A DNA stretch of 50,593 nucleotides. Source: a virus. Taxonomy: Duplodnaviria > Caudoviricetes. The DNA lies in IMG/VR virus record IMGVR_UViG_3300046374_000030, positions 1-50,593 of that record, one strand, 5' to 3'. This document shows, piece after piece, positions 25,738 through 34,723 of the stretch (its first letter is position 1; the number at the start of each line of letters is the position of its first letter). The notes under the pieces are model-generated. The model searched no databases. It was not told the DNA's origin and saw only the letters and a list, made by a program, of their open reading frames with translations. The position numbers were made by a program, and so were the translations under genes.

Positions 25738-25813
25738 TGCAGGGTAGGGAAGTCTGGTCTATCCCTGCGGCCTCATAAGCCGTAAATCGCGGGTTCGAAT
25801 CCCGCCCCTGCAA
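25738..25813 (+). tRNA. tRNA-Met(CAT), initiator versus elongator uncertain
   Basis: GCGGC-CT-CAT-AA-GCCGT; fMet-like T arm, but paired U1:A72 and no full GGG/CCC run. Confidence 0.85.
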
Positions 25814-25817
25814 CGAG

Positions 25818-25973
25818 ATGGCCGGATTGACGGTGCGACTGATCACGCCACAGCCGCTGCCCAAGGCGGATGAATGGTGGGACGAGGTGACGCTGTGCCG
25901 GGTCGAGCGTGTCGACGAGGGCTACAGCTACACCGCCCGGCTGGACGGACGCAGGATTACGCGTAACGCGTAA
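25818..25973 (+). CDS. Small hypothetical protein
   Basis: 51-aa ORF MAGLTVRLITPQ... directly after tRNA-Met. Confidence 0.4.
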   Translation: MAGLTVRLITPQPLPKADEWWDEVTLCRVERVDEGYSYTARLDGRRITRNA

Positions 25974-26020
25974 TGCGACACGCCGCGGAAATGCTTGACA
26001 GCGTCCACGGCAAACTTGCG

Positions 26021-26059
26021 GCGTGTCTGCGCCGGCCACGGTAAACATCGCGTGACCAT
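26021..26059 (+). promoter_or_regulatory. Candidate late promoter upstream of the terminase operon
   Basis: GCGTGTC...CCACGGTAAAC-N7-GACCAT. Confidence 0.55.
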
Positions 26060-26065
26060 GACCTC

Positions 26066-26275
26066 GTGCGCGGGTTGTTGTGCGACGCGCTTGCTGCTGT
26101 CTTGAGGGCGCTGACCGCGCCGCTGAGGAAAGTCATCAGCGACGCGATCGCCGACGCCCGTGACCGCGCCACCCGCGAGGACATCGCCGCCGCGCTGGTG
26201 TCGGCGACGTGGACCGCCAAGGATGACGAGGCGTTCGACCAAGCGTTCGGCGAATATTTGCAGGAGCCGGAGTGA
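26066..26275 (+). CDS. Small hypothetical protein
   Basis: GTGA overlap with the TerL start. Confidence 0.5.
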   Translation: MRGLLCDALAAVLRALTAPLRKVISDAIADARDRATREDIAAALVSATWTAKDDEAFDQAFGEYLQEPE

Positions 26276-27870
26276 GCGCCGTCCTTGAGGCCGATCCCGA
26301 GGTCGGCTCCACGCTGCCACGGCTGTTCACCCCGCCGCTGCCCGAGCACGTCGACCCCGACGCCGAATGGGGCATCAAACCCGAAGCCACCTGGGGTCCG
26401 CTGTGCTGCGACTTTTTGGAACGCATCCTGAAATGGAAGCTGCTGCCCTGGCAGAAGTGGCTGTACTACCGGGCGCTGGAAAAGCGTAGGAACGGAACAG
26501 GTTTCAGGTTCCGCTACCTGATCGTGCTGGTGGCGCGGCAGAACGGGAAGACGAAGTGGGGGATGGGGCTGGGGCTGTGGCGGCTGTTCATGGACAAGCA
26601 CGGCCGCGCCGACCCGGATTGGCCGGCGGCCAAGCTCGCCGTCGTGGCGGCGCAGAACTTGGATTACGCCGAGACCACCCTCAAGGAAGTCGTCGACGAG
26701 ATCCGCGACCAGCCGCTGCTGGCGCCGGAACTGTTGAACCACAAGGTGACCAACGGCAAGCACCGCGCGATCCTGTCGTATCGGCGGCTGTGGCGCGCCG
26801 CGACAGCGAACAAGAAGGGGGCGCGGTCGCTGTCGGTGGATTTCGCGTGGCTCGACGAGCTGCGCACCCACACCACCCCGGACGCCTGGAACGCTGTCAC
26901 CCCGACCACCAACGTCCGCATCTGCGCGCAGGTGCTCGCCACCTCCAACGCCGGGGAAAACACCAGCGTCAAACTCAAGGAGCTGCGCCAGGCCGCGGTC
27001 CGCAAGATCACCGTCGGCGACACCGCCGACACGCAGACCGGGTTCTTCGAATGGAGCGTGCCCGACGAGGTGGACCCGCGCGACGACTCCTACTGGTATC
27101 TGGCGAATCCCGCGCTGGGGCTGCTCAACGAGTTCTGCCTGGACGATCTGCGGGCGCATTTCGAGACGATGGAAGCCGACGATATGCCCGGCTTCCGCAC
27201 CGAGTATCTGTGCCAGTGGGTGGACGCGCTCAAGCCCGGCATCCTGCCCGCGCAGGCGTGGGCCGACACCATCGACAAGGAATCGAAGCGGGCCGAGAAC
27301 TCGCCGGTGTACGCCTGCATCGAGTACAACTACCACCGCACCCGCGCCTACGTCGGGATCGCCGCCCGGCGCGCTGACGGCAAGACCCACATCGAAGTCC
27401 TCAAAACCCCGGCCAAGGGCGTCGACTGGCTCCCCGAATGGCTGCGCCCACGCAAAGAAAAGTTCGCCGGCATCTGCATCCAAAAGACCGGCGCGCCGGC
27501 TTCGGGGCTGGCTGACGATCTGCGGGCCCAGGGCTTCACGATCATCGACTGGGGCTCCCCGGTGGCGCAGCTCGCCGCCGGCGCCGGCGACTTCTACGAC
27601 GGGCTGGTCAACGGCACCATCAAACACCGGCCCGCCTTGGTGCTGGACAAGGCCGCCGCGTCCACCCCGGCCCGCACCATCGGCGACGCCTGGTTTTTCG
27701 ACCGCCGCCACTCCCCGGTGGACGCGTCCCCGGTAATCGCGGTCTGCGGCGCGGCGTGGCTGCTGAACAACCCGCCGCCACCGGTCGGCCCGGCGACGGT
27801 GTGGGAATGGCCCGACGACGACACCCTCGACGAATGGCGGAAGGAAGCCGATGACCGATTCAACGAGTAA
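26272..27870 (+). CDS. terL: Terminase large subunit
   Basis: LLPWQ, Walker A VARQNGKT, Walker B FAWLDELR, TSNAG, FFEWS, ANPALG, C-terminal nuclease (VDA). Confidence 0.95.
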   Translation: MSAVLEADPEVGSTLPRLFTPPLPEHVDPDAEWGIKPEATWGPLCCDFLERILKWKLLPWQKWLYYRALEKRRNGTGFRFRYLIVLVARQNGKTKWGMGLGLWRLFMDKHGRADPDWPAAKLAVVAAQNLDYAETTLKEVVDEIRDQPLLAPELLNHKVTNGKHRAILSYRRLWRAATANKKGARSLSVDFAWLDELRTHTTPDAWNAVTPTTNVRICAQVLATSNAGENTSVKLKELRQAAVRKITVGDTADTQTGFFEWSVPDEVDPRDDSYWYLANPALGLLNEFCLDDLRAHFETMEADDMPGFRTEYLCQWVDALKPGILPAQAWADTIDKESKRAENSPVYACIEYNYHRTRAYVGIAARRADGKTHIEVLKTPAKGVDWLPEWLRPRKEKFAGICIQKTGAPASGLADDLRAQGFTIIDWGSPVAQLAAGAGDFYDGLVNGTIKHRPALVLDKAAASTPARTIGDAWFFDRRHSPVDASPVIAVCGAAWLLNNPPPPVGPATVWEWPDDDTLDEWRKEADDRFNE

Positions 27871-28390
27871 CGTGGCCCGGCCCCGGTTCGGGCAGGGCGG
27901 GCGGCTCTACCGCGAGGAAGGCGCCAGTCCGGCGGCCGCGGCGATGGGTGTGGCCCGGGAGGCGATCGAGGATGCGCGGCTCGCCGAGATGATGGCGCCC
28001 GATCCGCCGCCGTGGGCCGATGAGCCCGAACCGTTGACACCGCCGACACCGCCGACACCGCCGCCGCCTGCTGAGCCGCCGGCTTCGTTGGAGAAGCCGT
28101 TGCAGAAGCCGAAGCGGCGCCGGCGGCGCGGCAAGCAGCCGGAACCGGAACCGGAACCGGTGAGAGAGGTGCAGCACCCGCCGTGGATGAAGGCCGGGAA
28201 AATCGAGGCGCCGCCCGAACCTAAGCCGCCGTTCGACTGGCGTGAGGCCGTGTCCACCGCGCTTGAGCTGGCCGGGATCGCGCTGCTCGTCACCACCGGC
28301 TTCCTGCTGGCGGTGTGGGTGGGCACCCTGATTGCCGGTCTATCCCTGGTAGTTCTCGGCGTGGCGACCAGCAGGAACATCGGTGGCTGA
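27851..28390 (+). CDS. Pro-rich membrane protein between terminase and portal
   Basis: Two C-terminal TM helices; Pro-rich N-terminus. Confidence 0.7.
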   Translation: MTDSTSNVARPRFGQGGRLYREEGASPAAAAMGVAREAIEDARLAEMMAPDPPPWADEPEPLTPPTPPTPPPPAEPPASLEKPLQKPKRRRRRGKQPEPEPEPVREVQHPPWMKAGKIEAPPEPKPPFDWREAVSTALELAGIALLVTTGFLLAVWVGTLIAGLSLVVLGVATSRNIGG

Positions 28391-28457
28391 GGGAAACTGC
28401 GCGCGTGAACATCCTGGTCAGACTTCACGGAGAAACTTCATCGCGGGGGTGGCCGCG

Positions 28458-29810
28458 TTGAGCATCCTCGCCCGATTCGCCGCCAACCGTCCCGCCGCCG
28501 GCGGCATGGAGCAGCGCACCCTGATGTCGTCGGCGTTTGTTCCGCCACCGCAAATCGGAGTGGTGGACGACTACATGGGTGTGCACCGGGCGATGGCCTG
28601 CATGACGGTGCTGGCCTGCGTGCGGGTGCTGGCCGACACCATCGCGAGCCTGCCGTGGAAGGCGTACCGGCGCGACGCGAAGGGGGTGCCGAAGGAGATC
28701 AGGCCGCAGCCGGCGATCCTGCGTAACCCGTTCCCGGGGTTTGACCTCTATCAGTGGAAATGGATGGTGATCGCGTCGATGGCGTTGCGCGGCAACAGTT
28801 ATCACTTGATTACCAGCCGCGACCGGCAGGGCTACCCGACGTCGCTGTTGCCGTTGCATCCCGATGTGGTGTTCCTGGAGCGCCGGACGGATCTGCTGCT
28901 GTGGTTCGACCCGATCTACCGGGTGATGGGCGAACAAGTCCCGACCAAGGACATGATCCACGTCCGCCGGTTCACCATGCCCGGCGAGCCGTGGGGCCTG
29001 TCGCCGGTGAAGCAGGCCGCGGTCGCGATCGGGATGAGCTTGGGCGCTGAGGAATACGGTTACCGCTATTTCAAAGAGTCGGCGAATCCGTCCGGCATCC
29101 TGTTCACCGATCAGGATCTGGACGAGAAGGCGGTCACGAAGCAGCAGAAAAACTGGATCGCCTCCCACGGTGGGCGGCGGCTGCCCGCTGTTTTAACCAA
29201 CGGGTTCAAGTGGGAGAACCTGACCATCAGCCCGGAGGAGTCGCAGTTCTTGGCGACCCGCCAGTTCCAACGCTCCGAGATCTGCCTGATGTACGGGGTT
29301 CCTCCAATCCTGATCGGAGACACGAAAGAAACGACAGCATGGGGTACTGGAGTGGAGCAAATCACTTTGGGCGCAATAACTTTCACGTTCCGCGCGTGGA
29401 CGTCGTGCGTCGAGTCGATCCTCTCATCCTGCCTGCCAGGAGGCCAGTACGTGCAGTTCGATTACGACTCGCTGCTGCGCGGCGACATCGAGGGCCGCTA
29501 CGCCGCCTACGCGAAAGCGGTCGGCGGGTCGACGACGATGGGCTGGGTCACGCCCAACGAGATCCGGGCCCGCGAGGAGATGGACCCGGTCGAGGGCGGC
29601 GACAAGCTGTACATGTCTAACCGGATGATGCCGGCCGGCACACCACCGGCAGTCAACAATCCGCCGCCGCCGCCGATGCCGGGAGGCGGCAGCCCGGGCA
29701 GCCACTTCCCGATGCCGCCGATCGCCGGCGGTGAGGACAACAAAGACGACGACGAGGACGAATCGGCCGGCGCGCCTCGCAATGGCCGCAGTTTTCTGAT
29801 GAGAACCTAA
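28458..29810 (+). CDS. Portal protein (HK97 family)
   Basis: VLACVRVLADTIASLP, LRGNSY, GLSPV, QFLATRQF..EICLMYGVPP, TPNEIRARE; TTG start inferred. Confidence 0.95.
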   Translation: MSILARFAANRPAAGGMEQRTLMSSAFVPPPQIGVVDDYMGVHRAMACMTVLACVRVLADTIASLPWKAYRRDAKGVPKEIRPQPAILRNPFPGFDLYQWKWMVIASMALRGNSYHLITSRDRQGYPTSLLPLHPDVVFLERRTDLLLWFDPIYRVMGEQVPTKDMIHVRRFTMPGEPWGLSPVKQAAVAIGMSLGAEEYGYRYFKESANPSGILFTDQDLDEKAVTKQQKNWIASHGGRRLPAVLTNGFKWENLTISPEESQFLATRQFQRSEICLMYGVPPILIGDTKETTAWGTGVEQITLGAITFTFRAWTSCVESILSSCLPGGQYVQFDYDSLLRGDIEGRYAAYAKAVGGSTTMGWVTPNEIRAREEMDPVEGGDKLYMSNRMMPAGTPPAVNNPPPPPMPGGGSPGSHFPMPPIAGGEDNKDDDEDESAGAPRNGRSFLMRT

Positions 29811-29831
29811 CCGCAACATGGAGGTAGCACG

Positions 29832-31592
29832 ATGACGACCACCTTGGACGAGCGCGCCGCCCGGGCGAAGATCCTCGATGTCCGCGAAACCCGGCGGATG
29901 GCCACCCCGCTGGAGATGCGCACCGACGGGGTGTCGGGGCACATCATCTTGGAGGGCTACGCGTCGACCTTCCACGAGTACGAGGTGGCCGGCGGGCCGC
30001 GCGGCGGCGGCTGGATGGAGCAGCTGCACAGGCGCGCGTTCGACACCACGTTGGCTGGCAACCCCGACGTGATGCTGCTCATCAACCACACCGATATGCC
30101 GCTGGCGCGGACCAAGTCCGGCACCCTGAGCCTGCGGGTGGATGAGCACGGGCTGCTGGTGCGCGCCGACCTGGACCCATCAGATCCCGACGTGCAAAGG
30201 CTGATGCCCAAGATGCGCCGCGGTGACATGGACGAAATGTCCTTCGCGTTCCACGTCCGCGCTCATGACTGGTCGAGCGACTATACCCGGCGCACCATCA
30301 CCGAGGTTGACCTGCGGAAAGGGGATGTCAGCGTGGTTAATTACGGAGCGAATCCGAACACGGCGGCGAGGCTCACCGAGGCTATCGGCGCGCTGGCGTC
30401 GCTGTCCAACAAGGAGCTGATGGAGGTCCGCGGCCTGCTGGATCAGCATAAGGTGTCCCGCGCGATGCAGGTGCTTTCCGCCGCCGCCCGGCCCGGTACC
30501 CGCGCCAAGACTCCCAAGAAGTACGCCGACGTGTCCAACTTCGCTGATCCGGGCTACCTGGACAACGCGGGCAAGCCCGCTAAAGACGGCAACGGTAAGA
30601 AGCGGTACCCGCTCAACAGCGCCGCCCGGGTGCGCAACGCTTTGGCCCGGTTCGCGCAGAACAAGGGCCGCTACACCTCCGAGCAGCAGTCCGCGATCAT
30701 GAGCAAAATCCGTTCCGCCGCCAAGCGGTTCGGCATCAAGGTCGGCGACGGCGACTCGAAGTCGCGGCGCTCGTTCTCCCAGCCTTATGTGTGGCAGCCG
30801 TTCGGGCCGGGCGCGCCGATCGACCCGCACGACAACGACTACGACAAGAGCCCGGTCGCCGCCTACGACCAGACGCTGGGCGGGCGCGCCGATGTGACTC
30901 CCGGCGCGAACCTGCCCGGTGTCGCGGTCAAGGGCGGCTACGACGCGCACGACGAACCGTATGGGCCCAAGCAGATGTACGCGCTGTATCTGCTCGCCAA
31001 CGACGAAGTGTGCCCGGGCGGTCAGATGTGCGCCGGCGCCAGCTGCCCTGACCACGGCACCGAGGAGGACGCGATGGACGGCGTGAGTGACTGGCGAGAC
31101 GGCTTCGGCGGCAAGCAGGCCGCACCGTTCAAGAAGGGCGGCGGCCGGCAAGGCGACGACGACGAGGACGACGAGTCGCGTCAGCTGCCCGACGTGCACG
31201 ACGAGATGAGCGACTACGAAGGCGACGACGCCGAGGGCGCGGTCGAGGACTACGACGAGGACGAGGACGAGCACGAATCCGACGCCGAGGACGAGGATGA
31301 CCGCGACAACCAGATCGACCTGGCGCTGGCCGCGGCGCTGGAAAAGACCATCTGCACCTGCTACCAGATGGCTGAGGTGATCGACGACAAGGACCTGCGC
31401 ACTATGCTCGCCAGGGCACGCCGCCAGGTCCGGGACCTGCAGCACATCCCCGGCAAGGAAGTGGACATCAGCCGCAAGCTCGAGGAGCTGCGCGCCGAGT
31501 TCGGCGACCCCGAAACGATCACGGTGTCCGACGGGCTGCGCGCCATCGCCCAGGCCGGCTTCGCCGACGTGATGAAGCCGAGGGCGTCGTGA
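29832..31592 (+). CDS. HK97-type prohead protease fused to extra domains and an acidic scaffold-like tail
   Basis: LEGYASTF, LINH, LART, MSFAF, DVSVVNYGANP; then YPLNSAARVRNALARF domain and a D/E-rich region. Confidence 0.9.
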   Translation: MTTTLDERAARAKILDVRETRRMATPLEMRTDGVSGHIILEGYASTFHEYEVAGGPRGGGWMEQLHRRAFDTTLAGNPDVMLLINHTDMPLARTKSGTLSLRVDEHGLLVRADLDPSDPDVQRLMPKMRRGDMDEMSFAFHVRAHDWSSDYTRRTITEVDLRKGDVSVVNYGANPNTAARLTEAIGALASLSNKELMEVRGLLDQHKVSRAMQVLSAAARPGTRAKTPKKYADVSNFADPGYLDNAGKPAKDGNGKKRYPLNSAARVRNALARFAQNKGRYTSEQQSAIMSKIRSAAKRFGIKVGDGDSKSRRSFSQPYVWQPFGPGAPIDPHDNDYDKSPVAAYDQTLGGRADVTPGANLPGVAVKGGYDAHDEPYGPKQMYALYLLANDEVCPGGQMCAGASCPDHGTEEDAMDGVSDWRDGFGGKQAAPFKKGGGRQGDDDEDDESRQLPDVHDEMSDYEGDDAEGAVEDYDEDEDEHESDAEDEDDRDNQIDLALAAALEKTICTCYQMAEVIDDKDLRTMLARARRQVRDLQHIPGKEVDISRKLEELRAEFGDPETITVSDGLRAIAQAGFADVMKPRAS

Positions 31593-31771
31593 CTGATCGC
31601 AGTCGCGAGCAGATCCTCGCCGAGGCGCGTGAGGAGAAGGCGGGGTATCTGCGCGGCAAAGGCTGGACCGACGGGCAGATCGCCGCGTACTTCGCGTCGT
31701 GCCGGTGGATCGGTTGGCGACCACCTTGGTGGATGAACTACTCGCTCGGCCGTAAACAACGCATCGCCTAA
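31589..31771 (+). CDS. Small hypothetical protein
   Basis: GTGA overlap, 60 aa. Confidence 0.45.
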   Translation: MTDRSREQILAEAREEKAGYLRGKGWTDGQIAAYFASCRWIGWRPPWWMNYSLGRKQRIA

Positions 31772-31777
31772 CATCCG

Positions 31778-31818
31778 GCGTGTCGCGCCGCTGACCACGG
31801 AAAACTTCCGCATAACAT
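31778..31818 (+). promoter_or_regulatory. Candidate late promoter upstream of the major capsid gene
   Basis: GCGTGTCGCGCC...CCACGGAAAAC-N7-TAACAT. Confidence 0.6.
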
Positions 31819-31981
31819 GCCGTTCAGGTCTCGTGCTCGGTCGGCCAACCGGTACGGATCAGTAGCTCCCGCGATGCGGCGACGAACCCTCCATCGCAGC
31901 GGACCGGTGACGAGCTATCCGCCCACGTCGAGCCACGCCCCCAGCTGTCTACGCCCAAAAACGGGCCATACCAAGAAAGTC

Positions 31982-33436
31982 ATGGACATGACAGACCAGA
32001 TGGAGCGCCGCGACCTGATGGTGCCCGCCGCCGGTGGCCTCGAGGATTTCCTCGACCAGCTGCTCAAACGACGGGAATCCACCGCAGAACAACGCGCCCG
32101 CTCACAGCAGAAAGCTGAAGCCGTACTCCTGCTGGCCCGCGAACAGGGCCGGGAAAAACTCGAGCCCGAAGAAGACGGCGAATACCGCCGCTACATGAGC
32201 GACATGCGAACCCAGGGCGCGGAGGTTATCGGACTCGACGAGCGGATCAACGAGATCCGCGCCGAGGTGGAGCGTTCCGGGCAGATCTCCAAGAACCTCG
32301 CCGGTATCCGCAAAGCCGAGCATGCACGTATCTCGGTCAAGGAAGCGTTGACCTACCGGGCGGACAACAATCGGCAGCACTCCTACGTCAACGACCTCGT
32401 CAAGTACCAGTGCAACCTGGATACGACCGGGCAGTGCCGCGACCGGCTGTTCCGCCACGCGCAGGACGTCGCCACCGACGACTCCTACAAGGAGTACCGC
32501 GACATCTCCCGGGTCGACGGCCAGGGTGGTTACGCTGTTCCGCCGGCGTGGCTGATGGATCAGTACATTGAGCTGGCCCGTCCCGGTCGCGCGTTCGCGA
32601 ACCTCGTTCAGCGGCAAGCACTTCCGGGTGGAACGGACAGCATCAACATCCCGAAGCTGCTGACTGGTACCGCGGTTGGTATCCAGACCGCCGACAACTT
32701 GCCGGTGACCGACGTGGATTTGACGGACACGTTCATCAACGCGCCGGTGCGGACGATCAGCGGCCAGCAAGGGGTCAGCATCCAGCTGATCGACCAGTCG
32801 CCGATCGCGTTCGACGACGTGGTGTTCCGCGACCTGGTAGCCGCGCACGCCGCCGCCACCGACACCCAGGTGCTCTCCGGTACCGGCACCAACGGTGAGG
32901 TGCTCGGCGTGAACAACACGCCCGGTATCACCACGATCCCCACCAGCGGGGTGACGATTCAGGGTGTGTACGCCGCGATCGCCAACGCCATCCAGAAGGT
33001 GCACAGCACCCGCTTCCTGCCACCCGAGGTGATCGTGATGCACCCGGTGCGGTGGGGCTGGTTCCTGTCCCTGTTGGACAACCAGGAGCGCCCGCTGTTC
33101 CTGCCGCAGGCCAACTCGCCGATGAACGTCGGCGGTATCCTGCAGGATGTCGCGAGCCAGCAGGTGGTCGGCAGCATGCACGGCTTGCCCGTGGTGACCG
33201 ACCCCAACATCACCACCACAGCCGGCGGTTCGCCGGGCACCCAGGACCTCGTGTACGTCCTGCGCGCCTCCGACCTGGTGCTGTGGGAGTCCGGTATCCG
33301 TGCCCGCGTGCTGCCGGAAACCAAGGCCGCCAACCTGACGGTCCTGCTGCAGATCTACAACTACCTGGCGTTCTCGGCGGGTCGTTACCCGCAGTCGGTG
33401 GTTGAGATCACCGGCCTGACCGCCCCGACCTTCTGA
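31982..33436 (+). CDS. Major capsid protein (HK97 fold)
   Basis: N-terminal coiled-coil delta domain, GGYAVPP, GTGTNGEVLGV, VMHP, GLPVVTD; start at 31982 or 31988. Confidence 0.93.
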   Translation: MDMTDQMERRDLMVPAAGGLEDFLDQLLKRRESTAEQRARSQQKAEAVLLLAREQGREKLEPEEDGEYRRYMSDMRTQGAEVIGLDERINEIRAEVERSGQISKNLAGIRKAEHARISVKEALTYRADNNRQHSYVNDLVKYQCNLDTTGQCRDRLFRHAQDVATDDSYKEYRDISRVDGQGGYAVPPAWLMDQYIELARPGRAFANLVQRQALPGGTDSINIPKLLTGTAVGIQTADNLPVTDVDLTDTFINAPVRTISGQQGVSIQLIDQSPIAFDDVVFRDLVAAHAAATDTQVLSGTGTNGEVLGVNNTPGITTIPTSGVTIQGVYAAIANAIQKVHSTRFLPPEVIVMHPVRWGWFLSLLDNQERPLFLPQANSPMNVGGILQDVASQQVVGSMHGLPVVTDPNITTTAGGSPGTQDLVYVLRASDLVLWESGIRARVLPETKAANLTVLLQIYNYLAFSAGRYPQSVVEITGLTAPTF

Positions 33437-33447
33437 CCGCACAAGCT

Positions 33448-33484
33448 AACTGGCCGCCCCGTCTCCTTTCCGGGGCGGTCAGTT
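33448..33484 (+). terminator. Intrinsic terminator-like hairpin after the capsid gene
   Basis: AACTGGCCGCCCCG-9 nt loop-CGGGGCGGTCAGTT. Confidence 0.7.
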
Positions 33485-33541
33485 GTGTGCGCTACGGCGC
33501 GCCGCCCCGGTGATCGGCCTGCGGGTGCTTATCCTGCGCTC

Positions 33542-34096
33542 ATGGCTGTAGGCACCCACGAACCCGCGTCGGTGGTTAGCGGCGAATACGGGCGGCTGCC
33601 GCCGCCGCCCGAGGGCGCAATCTATGTCCGCGACCCGCAGGCCGCGCGTGCGCTGGCAGTTGCGCTGGCGATCGACTTATTCAAGGCGACGGGCCAGGAA
33701 GTCCCCGAACACCTAGCGGCGTTGGCCGAAGAATCCGCGAGCGAGGTGCCAGCCGACAGCGACGCCGTCATCCTCGTCGACGAGTACACCGGCGAGCTGA
33801 TCGCCGACGTCGATGTCACCGACCACGATGCGGGGGAGGACCTGCCCGAAGGCGCGGTACGGGCCTGGCAGACATCACCGGAACCGGCCGAACCGGAGCC
33901 GGAACCCGAACCCGAACCGGAGCCCGAGCCGGAACCCGAGCCGGAACCCGCGCCGGAACCGTCGGTGGTGTTTGATGTGGACTCGCTGACCGTCGCCGAA
34001 CTCAAAACCGAGCTGGACTCGCTGGGCGTGGAGTACACCCACGAGGACCGCAAAGCTGACCTGCAACAGAAGCTCCGCGATGCGCTAGAGGAGTGA
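33542..34096 (+). CDS. Protein with (EP)n linker and C-terminal HeH/LEM-like domain
   Basis: LTVAELKTELDSLGVEY...KADL after about 11 EP repeats. Confidence 0.75.
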   Translation: MAVGTHEPASVVSGEYGRLPPPPEGAIYVRDPQAARALAVALAIDLFKATGQEVPEHLAALAEESASEVPADSDAVILVDEYTGELIADVDVTDHDAGEDLPEGAVRAWQTSPEPAEPEPEPEPEPEPEPEPEPEPAPEPSVVFDVDSLTVAELKTELDSLGVEYTHEDRKADLQQKLRDALEE

Positions 34097-34099
34097 GTC

Positions 34100-34723
34100 G
34101 TGACCGCTCCACAGCCGCCACTGCAAGACCTGCTCGACCCCAACGATCCCGATTGGGCGAAATTCCAGGCGCAGGACCCCGACTGGTTTCTGGCCGTCGC
34201 AGGTGACGCGATCCGCGACTACTGCGGCTGGCACATCTACCCCAACCTGCAGCTGAACGTGAGCAACCTGGAGATCGGCACCCGCGGCCTGATCAACCTG
34301 CCCGCCATGCTGGTCACCGACGTCATCTCGGTCACCATCCAAGCCTCCAACGCCGAACAAAACATGCTGCTGGACCCCGCCGAGTACAACTGGTACGACT
34401 ACGGGGTCATCGAGCCGCTGTCCTGGCACTGGTGGTCGGCCTACGGCGGCTTCTACTACGGGCCCGACAACTGGTCGTTCCTGCCGATCTACCAGTACGG
34501 GCTGGCGACGGTGGTGTTCAACGCTGGCTACACCGAATGCCCGCGGGTCATCAAAGAGATCGCCTACGAGCTGACCACCGTCACCAGCGAGGTCGCCGCC
34601 GGCAACGTCAAAGAGATCCAAACCCCCGGCTTCCGGCTGTCGCTGATGCAGGCATACGGCGCCACCCTGAACGCCGACCAGAAGAACAAGCTGTCCAAAT
34701 ACCGGCTGCCGACGGTGCGCTGA
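34100..34723 (+). CDS. Head-to-tail adaptor
   Basis: AIRDYCGWHIYP, LP, AGY, L.KYRL motifs and position. Confidence 0.8.
   Translation: MTAPQPPLQDLLDPNDPDWAKFQAQDPDWFLAVAGDAIRDYCGWHIYPNLQLNVSNLEIGTRGLINLPAMLVTDVISVTIQASNAEQNMLLDPAEYNWYDYGVIEPLSWHWWSAYGGFYYGPDNWSFLPIYQYGLATVVFNAGYTECPRVIKEIAYELTTVTSEVAAGNVKEIQTPGFRLSLMQAYGATLNADQKNKLSKYRLPTVR

Noticed and set aside
33880-33960. GAACCG/GAGCCG tandem repeats
   Set aside because: A coding (Glu-Pro)n linker, ordinary low complexity.
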